A DNA stretch of 32,000 nucleotides from Halomicronema hongdechloris C2206 (GTDB lineage: Bacteria; Cyanobacteriota; Cyanobacteriia; Phormidesmidales; Phormidesmidaceae): contig NZ_CP021983.2 of assembly GCF_002075285.3 (NCBI RefSeq), positions 4,680,001 to 4,712,000 of the forward strand, given 5' to 3'. The stretch's first letter is position 1. Every line of letters begins with the position of its first letter. Below are positions 1 through 8,851 of the stretch, piece after piece. The notes beneath the pieces were generated by a model. The model did not search any database. It was not told the DNA's origin and worked only from the letters and a program-made list of their open reading frames with translations. Position numbers and translations under genes: made by a program.

Positions 1-122
1 AGTTCGTCCCTTCACCCTTTACCCTTCGCCCTTTCCCGCTTTCCAAAGCTTTCCTAACCCTGCATAAGCTCTCCCGGCTCAGAGCTATATCCTGATGTCG
101 TCCCCGGAAGGAAAACCTGTCC

Positions 123-2717
123 ATGCGCCCCGCCGCTCATCTCCTCAGCCTCGCCACCCTCACCGCCCTGTTTATTCCTGTTATCCAGGTCGCTGCCACC
201 CAGATTCCGGAGACATTTCAAAAGCCTCAAGATCCAGAGCAACCACAAGGCAATCCATTACTCCTAGATCAACAGCCCCTCTCAGAACGTCAGGCAGAGG
301 CGAACAGATTACGTCAGCAAGGTTTTGAACAGTACAAAGCCAGACAGTTTCAGGCAGCACGTGAGTCCCTAGAGCAAGCGCTGGTCATTTATCGAGATTT
401 GGAAGACCGGAAACGAGAAGGACAAATGCTGGGCAGTTTAGGGATTATCCACAGCAATCTAGGGCAATATCGACAGGCCATTAGCTATTACGAGCAGCAA
501 CTGTTGGTTACCCGCGAAATTGGCGATCGCGTAGGAGAGAGTGATGCTCTCGGCACCTTGAGCAATGTGTACCAAACTTTGGGAGACGATCAACAGGCGA
601 TTAACTTGCTGGAACAAGCGTTATCTGTTGCTCGGGAAATTGGCGATCGTCTGAGAGAAGGAAGTTCTCTTAATGGGCTAGGGGTTGCCTACAAAGATCT
701 TGGTAATTATTGGCAGGCCATCGCCTTCTATGAGCAAGCTTTGGCAATTTATCGCGAAATTGATGAACTTTTCGGTGAAGCAGAAGTTCTAGGAAATCTG
801 GGTGTAGCTTACGGACTGCTGGGCGATCATCGACAAGCAATTAACCTCCACGAGCAGCAGCTAGCCCTTCACGAGCAGCAGCTAGCAATCACTGGCGACA
901 TCTATCATCACCGTGGATTAGGACGTGCTCTTAGCAGTTTAGGCAATGCTTACTACAGTCTTGGCAACTATCAACAAGCTATTGGTTTTTATGAGCAAGG
1001 ATTAGCTGTTAAACGTCAAACTGGCGATCGCCACGGCGAAGGAAACACCCTGGCAAATTTAGGTAGACTATTTGACGCCCAAGAACAGCCTGAATTGGCC
1101 ATTGTTTTTCTTAAGGCTTCGGTCGAAGTACGCGAGTCCATTCGCAGTGGTATGCGAGACCTCGATCCAGACCTACAAAAATCTTATTTAGATACTGTAG
1201 CGAGCACATATCGCCTGCTAGCTGACCTCCTTCTCCAACAAGACCGCATTATGGAAGCCCAGCGGGTACTGGACTTGCTGAAGGTGCAGGAACTCGACGA
1301 CTACATTCGCGGCGTTGAGCGTACCAGCGAAACCGAAGCAGGGGTTGACTTTCTGCGGCCTGAGGAGACGATTTTGGCCCGGTACGATGCTTTGCAAGAA
1401 TCCGCCATTGCTGCTGGCCAAGAACTCGAAGACCTCAAGGCTATTCCCCGAGAACAACGTAGTGAAGAGCAGGTACAGCGCATTGCCCAACTCACGGACT
1501 TACTGGACGACATCAACGGCGACTTCCGCGACTTTGCCCGCAGTCCCGAAATTCTCAAGCTGATTGATGAATTGAACTTCGAAGCTCGGGAAGCCAGCCT
1601 CAGTCTCAATCAACTCGATCGCCTTCGCGACGAACTCCAGCAGCTCAACGCCGCCATCTTCTATCCCCTCATCCTGGACGATCGCCTGGAGTTGGTGATT
1701 ACCGTGCCCGACTCGCCCCCGCTGCGACGAACTGTTCAGGTGTCTCGCGAGGAGCTAAACGCGGCAATTCTAGAATTCCGCACCGCACTCACCCACCCAG
1801 GTTCTGACGCGGAAACGCCTGCCCAACAGCTTTACGACTGGCTGATCCGTCCTCTGGAAGCTGACTTAGGGGCAGCCGGAGTCGAAACCCTCATCTACTC
1901 CCCCGATGGGCAACTGCGCTACATTCCCCTCGCTGCCCTGCATGACGGTGAGCAATGGCTGATCCAGCAGTACCGCATCAACAACATCACCGCCGAATCT
2001 CTCACCGACCTGACCGAGAGCGATACCCCTCAGCCCAGCATTCTGGCTGCTGCCTATGCGGACCCCTCCCTGATCCATGAGCCGGAGGTGAACGGCACCT
2101 CTTATACATTTCAGGGCTTACCCGGTGCCGGGGCCGAAGTCGCCACCCTCCCCACCGAGACCAAATTCCTCGACGAAGCCTTTAGCCTGGATTCGGTGCG
2201 GCCATTGATGGACGAGTACAGCATTCTGCACTTTGCCACCCATGCCGCCTTCGTTCCCGGCGTACCCGAAGATTCCTTCATTCTGTTTGGCAATGGCGAC
2301 ACGCCCACCCTGCGAGATGTGGAAGACTGGTCGTTGAACGGCGTTGAGCTGGTGGTGCTGAGCGCTTGCGAAACCGGGGTGGGCGGCCTGGGCAACGGCG
2401 AAGAAATTTTGGGACTGGGCTATCAGTTTCAGGTGAGTGGGGCTAGGGCGGTGATGTCGTCCCTGTGGAAAGTCAGTGACCAGGGCACCCAGGTCTTGAT
2501 GACGGAGTTTTACGCTGCCCTCGGTCAGGGCATGACCAAGGCGGAGGCCCTGCAGCGAGCCCAGCAGGCGTTGATCGCCAATGACCTCAGTCTGGTCGGC
2601 GGTGGGCGCGGCACCATTGATGTCATTAGCACCGAAACCGGACAACCCCTCACCGGCAACAATCTCAGCCATCCCTACTACTGGGCATCGTTTATCCTCA
2701 TTGGCAACGGGTTGTGA
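123..2717 (+). CDS. Secreted TPR-repeat / CHAT-domain (caspase-like protease fold) protein
   Basis: 864-aa ORF. The N-terminus has a hydrophobic signal-like segment (MRPAAHLLSLATLTALFIPVIQVAAT). Tandem TPR units show the recurring pattern Y.QAI.(F/Y)YEQ.L...REIGDR.GE. The C-terminal region has the CHAT-type His/Cys dyad contexts ILHFATHA and VVLSACETG. Confidence 0.85.
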   Translation: MRPAAHLLSLATLTALFIPVIQVAATQIPETFQKPQDPEQPQGNPLLLDQQPLSERQAEANRLRQQGFEQYKARQFQAARESLEQALVIYRDLEDRKREGQMLGSLGIIHSNLGQYRQAISYYEQQLLVTREIGDRVGESDALGTLSNVYQTLGDDQQAINLLEQALSVAREIGDRLREGSSLNGLGVAYKDLGNYWQAIAFYEQALAIYREIDELFGEAEVLGNLGVAYGLLGDHRQAINLHEQQLALHEQQLAITGDIYHHRGLGRALSSLGNAYYSLGNYQQAIGFYEQGLAVKRQTGDRHGEGNTLANLGRLFDAQEQPELAIVFLKASVEVRESIRSGMRDLDPDLQKSYLDTVASTYRLLADLLLQQDRIMEAQRVLDLLKVQELDDYIRGVERTSETEAGVDFLRPEETILARYDALQESAIAAGQELEDLKAIPREQRSEEQVQRIAQLTDLLDDINGDFRDFARSPEILKLIDELNFEAREASLSLNQLDRLRDELQQLNAAIFYPLILDDRLELVITVPDSPPLRRTVQVSREELNAAILEFRTALTHPGSDAETPAQQLYDWLIRPLEADLGAAGVETLIYSPDGQLRYIPLAALHDGEQWLIQQYRINNITAESLTDLTESDTPQPSILAAAYADPSLIHEPEVNGTSYTFQGLPGAGAEVATLPTETKFLDEAFSLDSVRPLMDEYSILHFATHAAFVPGVPEDSFILFGNGDTPTLRDVEDWSLNGVELVVLSACETGVGGLGNGEEILGLGYQFQVSGARAVMSSLWKVSDQGTQVLMTEFYAALGQGMTKAEALQRAQQALIANDLSLVGGGRGTIDVISTETGQPLTGNNLSHPYYWASFILIGNGL

Positions 2718-2891
2718 GCTTTCACTCCTTCGACAAGGGACGTTGGCCGAGCGGCTGGTCCTGAGCCCTGTTGAGGGAAGTCGAGGCTATGCTCAGTGAC
2801 CCAGCTTCGATGTCGCTCAGCCATCGTTTTCTGAACAGAGTCGAAGCTATCCACCTGGCAAGTGATGTGACTGACATTGAGCGAAGCGGTA

Positions 2892-3875
2892 TCAGGATAA
2901 TTTGCGAGTCTCCCCATGCGTTTTCAAAAATTCCATGATTTCTTCGTAGAAAGGTTTACCCTGGCCGCGGCTGTCGGTAGCGGTTGCTAGCAGGGCCAAC
3001 GTTTCGACAAACGATTCGCGCACCGATTCCATCACGATCGCCATCAGGGGAGCAAGGTCGTCTTGCGATCGCTGCCCCTGAATAATCGCCTCTAGGTATC
3101 GCTGGCGTTGCTGGGTAGGAATAATCGCAATCGGAAATCCGGCCCGCATCAGGAGTAAATTCATCAGCAGTCGTCCGGTGCGCCCATTCCCATCGCGAAA
3201 GGGATGGATAGAGACAAATCGGTAGTGAGCCTCTGTTGCCGCTTCGACGGGATGCAACCGGCTTGATTCGGTTATTAACCACTGCACAAACTCTGTCATC
3301 AGCTCTGGCAACAAATAGTGCGGTGGATAGACATGCTCTGTTCCGGCAGCTTTGACATCGAGCTGGCGATACTGCCCGGCTTCAGTCGGCGCAATCTGCC
3401 GCATAATCAGCGCGTGGATCTGTCGAATTTCCCATTCGCCAATGGGAGACTCGGCCTGAGCCAGGGTTTCCACGTAATCGATCGCCTCTTTATGCCCGAC
3501 CACTTCTAGATGCTCAATTAGGGTTTTGCCCCCAACCGCAATGCCCTTTGCCAGCACCAACTCGGTTTCGTTTTGCGTTAGGGTATTGCCCTCGATCGCG
3601 TTGGAGTTATAGGTAAAGCGCACGTCATACCGCTGCTTCAGCTCTGCCAGCACGGCAGGAGACAATGGCCGAAAGCTGTCGAGCCATCCTTTGAGTTGAT
3701 CTAATTGAGCAAGCTGAGCAGCAATATCCATCGGCATGGCGGGCACTAGCAGTTGAGACACCAGGGCATCGATGCGCCAATGCGGATGGGCTTTGAGCAG
3801 CAGCAGCAGGGTATCAAATAGCTCCGTGGCAGTAGCCCTTTGAGACTTTACTGTGAGCGATCGCACCGTTTCCAT
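2892..3875 (-). CDS. Fic family protein (AMPylase-type, class II with intramolecular inhibitory helix)
   Basis: Canonical Fic motif HPFRDGNGRTGR. An upstream (S/T)xxxE(G/N) inhibitory motif is present as SNAIEGN. I prefer the ATG at 3875 (METVRSL...) over the TTG-initiated extension to 3929 given in the track. Confidence 0.85.
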   Translation of the reverse strand: METVRSLTVKSQRATATELFDTLLLLLKAHPHWRIDALVSQLLVPAMPMDIAAQLAQLDQLKGWLDSFRPLSPAVLAELKQRYDVRFTYNSNAIEGNTLTQNETELVLAKGIAVGGKTLIEHLEVVGHKEAIDYVETLAQAESPIGEWEIRQIHALIMRQIAPTEAGQYRQLDVKAAGTEHVYPPHYLLPELMTEFVQWLITESSRLHPVEAATEAHYRFVSIHPFRDGNGRTGRLLMNLLLMRAGFPIAIIPTQQRQRYLEAIIQGQRSQDDLAPLMAIVMESVRESFVETLALLATATDSRGQGKPFYEEIMEFLKTHGETRKLS

Positions 3876-3992
3876 CCATATCGTTATCCTACAGCCCTCG
3901 CCCCGTCGCTGGATGAGAACAGCCCCCAAGAATTCAGCCGGTCAACTCCAGGATTCCCCCATGGCTAAACCATGCTGTGAAGTGAACCCCAC

Positions 3993-4322
3993 TTGGTGCT
4001 GATGGCCTTTCTGCATCGCGTGGTGAATGGGGGCGGCACCCTGGAGCGCGAGTATGCCCTAGGGACTGGCCGCATGGATCTGTGTTTACGCTATGGTCAG
4101 GTGGTCCTCGGCATCGAACTCAAGGTCTGGCGGCAGGGGCGCCCCGATCCGTTGCAGGCAGGGTTGGCCCAGCTGGATAGCTATCTGGCTCGCCTGGGGG
4201 AAGAGACTGGCTGGCTGGTGATTTTCGATCGCCGCAGTGGCATCCCCCCGATTGAGGAACGCACCACCACCGAAAGAGTCACAACCCCTGACGGACGAAG
4301 GGTTACGGTGGTGCGGGGCTAG
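3993..4322 (+). pseudogene. 5'-truncated remnant of an AAA-ATPase-like / PD-(D/E)XK (PDDEXK_9-type) nuclease family gene; only the C-terminal nuclease module remains
   Basis: 109-aa ORF that starts at TTG, with an in-frame TGA 12 nt upstream. The sequence LMAFLHRVVNGGGTLEREYALGTGRMDLCL....LGIELKV carries the D...ExK signature typical of the C-terminal domain of much longer (400+ aa) proteins. Its 3' end overlaps the convergent BNR gene by 20 nt. Confidence 0.5.
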
Positions 4323-5709
4323 TGGCGTTCAGCTGTCCTTGGAGCAGCCAAATGTGGCTGGAGTGACGGGCCCGGAAGGTGCTGGTCACAATCGTGAAGA
4401 TGCCGGTTGGAGCGACAGCCAGCTTTTGCATCAACAACCCCTGCAGGCTGCCATGGATGCCCAAGTTAGGATCATCGGTCCCCGGTACAATGGCGGGGGC
4501 ACTGAAGGTTTGACCATTATCCTCAGATAGGGTTAGCCCCAGTCCGTGAGGGCGATGTCCCCCTTCTGAAAACAGATCCCACAGCACATACAGGCGATCA
4601 TTACCGTCTAGGGCAACCTCTGGAAAACTGACACTGGCAAAGTCTTGGTCGTGATGGCCAGTGATGTTTTGGGGCTGGCTGAATCTGGCGTTTCCCAACG
4701 GTAGTTGGGCATAGCGAATGTGATAGCGGCGAAAACGGCCCCTGGGGCTTTCGGCATAGACCAGATGCAGGGTTCCCCCAGAATCAATAGCAATTGCAGG
4801 GGCATCTGAATGGCCATTACTGTCGTGGACCACCTGGGGCGGGGCAAACGACCGTCTCAGGTCGTTAGAGCGGGTGACATAGATGTCGGCATTGTCATCG
4901 TCGCCTACGGCCCAGGCTAAAAATACGGTGCCATCTCCGGCTACCGCCAGGGTAGGGCCGCGAGCCGGTGCCCCCGCTTCACCGGCAGTGACGATGGTCT
5001 GGGGTGGGGAAAACCGCTTGCCGCCATCGCTGGAATAGCTGAGACGCAGATTGCCTTCGTATTCTGTCCAGGCGGCATAGAGAGCGCCCTGGGGGCCGCG
5101 GGCCAAGGCAAAACTGCCATTGCTCCAGCGTTCAGCGGAAAGGCGACCCTTCCCTGCCCCGGCTCGGGTATTTGAGAGGTTGAGGGGCTGGCTGAAGGTC
5201 TGGCCGCCATCAGTTGAGCGGGCAAAGAAAATCTCTCCTCCGTGGGAGCCGCCGGAGAAGACGATATCCTGCCACAGTAGATAGATATTCTGGGCGGCTT
5301 CACCGTGGATGATGAGTTTAGGCAGCCAGGAAAAAATACCTGGACTCCTCGATACATTGATCGGGGCACTTAGGCGGGGCTGCCCATCCGGTTCATAGAT
5401 CTGTAAGAAGATGTCTTGCTCAGCCTGATTTGCCCAGGCCACCCCAACGGTGCCTGTAGCAGTGAGGGCAACTGTCGGGTCGTCAACATAGCGAAACTCA
5501 GAGGCATTCATCTGCCAGGGGCCGCGAATGGCTTCTCCCTGGGCTACCTCACGCCTAGTCTGCCAAGTAATATCAGGTGTATCAGCAGGGCTTTGCCTGC
5601 CCTGGAAATCAGTCTTGGTTACGGAGGGAGACCAGGCACAGCTGGCCGCTAGTGCGGATAGCACCAGTCCCCCTAACCTAGCGGTGGCCATGGGCCATGT
5701 CCCATCCAT
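4303..5709 (-). CDS. BNR/Asp-box repeat (sialidase-like beta-propeller) lipoprotein
   Basis: 468-aa ORF. Asp-box motifs are STDGGQTFS, SSDGGKRFS and SEDNGQTFS. The N-terminal signal has a lipobox-like LAASC. Confidence 0.75.
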   Translation of the reverse strand: MDGTWPMATARLGGLVLSALAASCAWSPSVTKTDFQGRQSPADTPDITWQTRREVAQGEAIRGPWQMNASEFRYVDDPTVALTATGTVGVAWANQAEQDIFLQIYEPDGQPRLSAPINVSRSPGIFSWLPKLIIHGEAAQNIYLLWQDIVFSGGSHGGEIFFARSTDGGQTFSQPLNLSNTRAGAGKGRLSAERWSNGSFALARGPQGALYAAWTEYEGNLRLSYSSDGGKRFSPPQTIVTAGEAGAPARGPTLAVAGDGTVFLAWAVGDDDNADIYVTRSNDLRRSFAPPQVVHDSNGHSDAPAIAIDSGGTLHLVYAESPRGRFRRYHIRYAQLPLGNARFSQPQNITGHHDQDFASVSFPEVALDGNDRLYVLWDLFSEGGHRPHGLGLTLSEDNGQTFSAPAIVPGTDDPNLGIHGSLQGLLMQKLAVAPTGIFTIVTSTFRARHSSHIWLLQGQLNATSPAPP

Positions 5710-5776
5710 AGACGACTCCAGAATCGCGCGCGTTTGTTAGCCACTTCCATCTTAAAGAGCCTGACACTGTGCCCCA

Positions 5777-7534
5777 TTACCCCTGAAATTGCTGGGCGTA
5801 GAACTGGGCGTAACGATTGCCTTGGGCCAGTAATTCATCGTGGTTGCCGGACTCTACGATTTGTCCCTGTTCTAGGACTAAGATGCGATCGGCGCGGCGT
5901 ACCGTGGCCAGGCGATGGGCAATGATGAAAACGGTGCGATGGCCCTTTCGGACAGGTCTTCGACCATCGTACATCAGCCGTTCCAGAGCTTCTTGCACCA
6001 GGGCTTCTGACTCGGAATCTAGGGCCGAGGTAGCCTCATCCAGGATTAGAATCCGCGGATCCAGCAACACCGCTCGAGCGATGGCCAGACGTTGACGCTG
6101 GCCCCCAGACAGATTTACCCCCCGTTCCCCTACCCAAGTGTGATAACCCTGGGAAAACTGGCAGATAAAGTCATGGGCATTGGCGATCTTAGCTGCTGCT
6201 TGCACTGCCTCCAGATCAAATTGGCGTTGCCCGAAGGCAATATTTTGGGCGATGGTGCCAGAGAACAGGATGGTTTCCTGGGGCACGATGCCGATTTGCT
6301 GCCGCAGACTCTTCAGGGTTACTGTGCGAATGTCGATGCCATCAATCAAAATCTGGCCCGCCTGGGGATCGTAGAAGCGGGGCAATAGATTCACCAGAGT
6401 AGTTTTACCAGCGCCTGAGGGACCTACCAGGGCAATGGTTTCCCCTGGCTGAACCAGCAGGTCTAGCTGTTGCAGCACTGGCTGGCCGGGGGTATAGGCA
6501 AAACTGACCCGGCGATATTCCACCTTACCGGTGACTGCTGGCAAGGGCTGGGCCTGGGGAGCCTCCACCACCGCTGGCTGCAGAGCAAACAATTCGAAGA
6601 TGCGATCGATGGAGGCTTCTCCCTGCTTGAACTGACCGTAGTTATCGATGGTGTGATTAACCGGGTCGATCAACATCAGGGCAGCGGCCACATAGCTGCC
6701 GAAGGCCTGACCGGTAAGGTTTGCCTGGGAAATTTGCCAACTGCCCATGAGCAGGATAATCACCACCAGCAGGGCATAGAGCAATCCCACCACCGGGAAC
6801 TGCACGGCTTGCAGCCAAGCGGCTCGATAGCGGGCCTGGCGGTTGCGTTCTGCTGCCTGGGAGAACCGCTCTACCTCGTAATCTTCGGCGGCAAATGCCT
6901 GCACCAGGCGGATGCCACTGACCACTTCCGTCACCAGGGACGAGAGATCGGCCACCACGTTCTGGCTGTGGCGGGAAATCCGCACCATGCGATTGCCAAA
7001 CCACCCCGCCAACAAAGCCAATAACGGCACTAGCACCAGAGCCGTCAGAGTCAGCTGCCAGTTGAGGTAGAGCATGTAGGCCAGCACCACCACCAGTTGT
7101 AACGCCGACGGCACGAAGTCGTGAAATAACTTATTGACCACCTCGCCGATGCGATCGATATCCTCCGTCAGGCGATAGGCCAGATCTCCGGTTTGAGAGC
7201 GCTCGAAGTAGGCCAGGCTGAGGCGATGTAAATGGCGATAGACCTGCTGGCGCAGTTGGTAGACGATCTCCAGGGCGGCCTTGGCCATGAGGGCATCCTG
7301 GCCGTATTGGCCCAGCTTTTGCACCACAAACCCGACCATGGTGATAGCAGAAATCTGAGCCAGCTGCCGCACTTGGCCTTGCACTACTAGGGCCAGCATT
7401 TTCCCGGCTAGCCAGGCCAGCACTGGCCAGAAGGCCACAAATACCAGAGTACAGAGCAGAGCCTGGGCGATGGTCAACCATTGCTGGCGAATCTGGGGCA
7501 GTAATTGCCAGTAGTTATTGCGGCGCCGTTTCAC
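5777..7534 (-). CDS. ABC exporter, fused permease/ATPase (MsbA/multidrug-like)
   Basis: 585-aa ORF with an N-terminal six-helix-type TMD. Motifs present: Walker A GPSGAGKTT, signature LSGGQRQR, Walker B ILILDEATS and H-loop IIAHRL. Confidence 0.9.
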   Translation of the reverse strand: MKRRRNNYWQLLPQIRQQWLTIAQALLCTLVFVAFWPVLAWLAGKMLALVVQGQVRQLAQISAITMVGFVVQKLGQYGQDALMAKAALEIVYQLRQQVYRHLHRLSLAYFERSQTGDLAYRLTEDIDRIGEVVNKLFHDFVPSALQLVVVLAYMLYLNWQLTLTALVLVPLLALLAGWFGNRMVRISRHSQNVVADLSSLVTEVVSGIRLVQAFAAEDYEVERFSQAAERNRQARYRAAWLQAVQFPVVGLLYALLVVIILLMGSWQISQANLTGQAFGSYVAAALMLIDPVNHTIDNYGQFKQGEASIDRIFELFALQPAVVEAPQAQPLPAVTGKVEYRRVSFAYTPGQPVLQQLDLLVQPGETIALVGPSGAGKTTLVNLLPRFYDPQAGQILIDGIDIRTVTLKSLRQQIGIVPQETILFSGTIAQNIAFGQRQFDLEAVQAAAKIANAHDFICQFSQGYHTWVGERGVNLSGGQRQRLAIARAVLLDPRILILDEATSALDSESEALVQEALERLMYDGRRPVRKGHRTVFIIAHRLATVRRADRILVLEQGQIVESGNHDELLAQGNRYAQFYAQQFQG

Positions 7535-7653
7535 GCAAACTCCCAGTCAGACTACGCCCCATTACGCTATCAGGTTTCTGCTCTACACCGGTCTGACTTG
7601 TCCCGAAGGCTGAGCCTTGGTTCAATGACAGAGCAGTGCAGTGAGAGGGCGCT

Positions 7654-8235
7654 ATGGTGACGGTGGTTGTGGCAACGGGAAATCCAGGCAAGCTGAAGGA
7701 GTTGCAAGCTCATTTGGCCGATTTGGCATGGCAACTGACCCTGAAGCCCCCTGAACTAGAGGTGGAAGAAACTGGTCAGACCTTCTTGGAAAATGCCCGC
7801 CTCAAGGCAGCTCAGGTGGCCCAGGCCACAGGACAATGGGCCATTGCCGATGACTCTGGTCTAGAGGTGGATGCCCTGGGGGGTGCCCCTGGCATCTATT
7901 CGGCTCGCTACGCTGATTCTGACGCCAGCCGCATCGAGCGGGTACTACGTGAGTTAGGCGACCGGCCTGAGCGGGGGGCTCAGTTTGTCTGTGCCTTAGC
8001 CTTGTCTCGTCCCGATGGCACCATTGCCCTAGAAACGGAGGGCATCTGTCGAGGTGAATTGCTTCTGGCGCCTCGGGGCATAGGTGGCTTCGGCTATGAT
8101 CCCATCTTTTATTTGCCAGCTTTGGGCTTGACGTTTGCAGAAATGACATCGGCCCAGAAAGCAGAGCATAGCCATCGAGCCATTGCCTTCCGGCAGTTGC
8201 TGCCTCAGCTCAAGGCCCATCCCAGCCTAACCTAA
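7654..8235 (+). CDS. rdgB: Non-canonical purine NTP pyrophosphatase (dITP/XTP pyrophosphatase, RdgB/HAM1 family)
   Basis: 193-aa ORF. It shows ATGNPGKLKE near the N-terminus, then ADDSGLEVDALGGAPGIYSARY, GFGYDPIF and KAEHSHRA, all typical of RdgB. A purine-rich GAGAGGG sits upstream of the ATG. Confidence 0.9.
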   Translation: MVTVVVATGNPGKLKELQAHLADLAWQLTLKPPELEVEETGQTFLENARLKAAQVAQATGQWAIADDSGLEVDALGGAPGIYSARYADSDASRIERVLRELGDRPERGAQFVCALALSRPDGTIALETEGICRGELLLAPRGIGGFGYDPIFYLPALGLTFAEMTSAQKAEHSHRAIAFRQLLPQLKAHPSLT

Positions 8236-8238
8236 GTT

Positions 8239-8269
8239 AAGAGGCATCTACCCTGGGCAGATGCCTCTT
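8239..8269. terminator. Hairpin between convergent rdgB and psbY (possible bidirectional terminator)
   Basis: Perfect 11-bp stem AAGAGGCATCT / AGATGCCTCTT with a 9-nt loop. It begins 4 nt after the rdgB stop. The flanking U-tracts are weak (GCTGTTT on the plus side). Confidence 0.5.
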
Positions 8270-8353
8270 GCTGTTTAGGCTAAGCGTATCAGGGACTCGA
8301 TATTCTCAGGCACCCCTGCAAGAGGGATGCCGAGATGAGTCCTGAGAGATCCC

Positions 8354-8473
8354 TTAGGCTTCCTTATTCATAAATTCCTGCAGTTGGGACATTGCTACCT
8401 TACCAATGTTGAAAACGGCCCAACCGCCTGCGATAAGAATAGGAAGCAACACAATGAGAACACGCCCGTCCAT
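8354..8473 (-). CDS. psbY: Photosystem II protein Y
   Basis: Absent from the ORF track because it is under 60 aa. The minus-strand ATG is at 8471-8473 and the TAA at 8354-8356. Translation is [39 protein letters not shown] (39 aa, one TM helix). GGAGG lies 8 nt upstream. It matches the PsbY pattern I recall: MDxRV...P.LIA..WA..NIG..A..QLQ. Confidence 0.75.
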   Translation of the reverse strand: MDGRVLIVLLPILIAGGWAVFNIGKVAMSQLQEFMNKEA

Positions 8474-8851
8474 TCGAAATACCTCCTTCCCGACAGAAAG
8501 CTTAAACGGCTGTCACAATTCTCTCATAAATTTTCCTCGGCAGATTGGGGGATTTCCCTCCATCTGAAGACAATGGGCGGATTAAGGGGGGCTAAGGCCG
8601 AGATGAGCGTAATCGAGACGGCAGGCTATCCCAGCCATTGAGAATGGTTGGGTTACTGCCGGCATGTTGAGTCGGCATCAAGTGGTACTATTGGTTACGC
8701 TTTTGTCTACGGTTCATGGTAATACACCGGCAAATCTTGCCAGTACGCTATTGATTTTGCTGATAGATTGACTGCTTCCAGGAAATTGTGGTGATCTGGG
8801 ATGATGGCTGCTCTCGGTTGCTGTCCTACTGTTCAAGTCATCAGGTAGCTC

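Noticed and set aside
2118-2672. Long antisense or alternate-frame ORFs inside large genes. Examples: 2118..2672(-), 6470..7024(+), 15906..16604(+), 19727..20212(-), 20653..21174(+), 21167..21739(+), 9719..10138(-).
   Set aside because: They lie entirely within genes that have clear family motifs on the other strand or frame. Their translations are Arg/Gly/Pro/Ala-rich, as expected for shadow ORFs in GC-rich DNA. None shows a recognisable motif.
8384-8641. 85-aa plus-strand ORF in the rdgB / 8852-gene spacer.
   Set aside because: It overlaps psbY in antisense, has no RBS and has no family resemblance. The minus-strand psbY reading has a strong RBS and the expected peptide.
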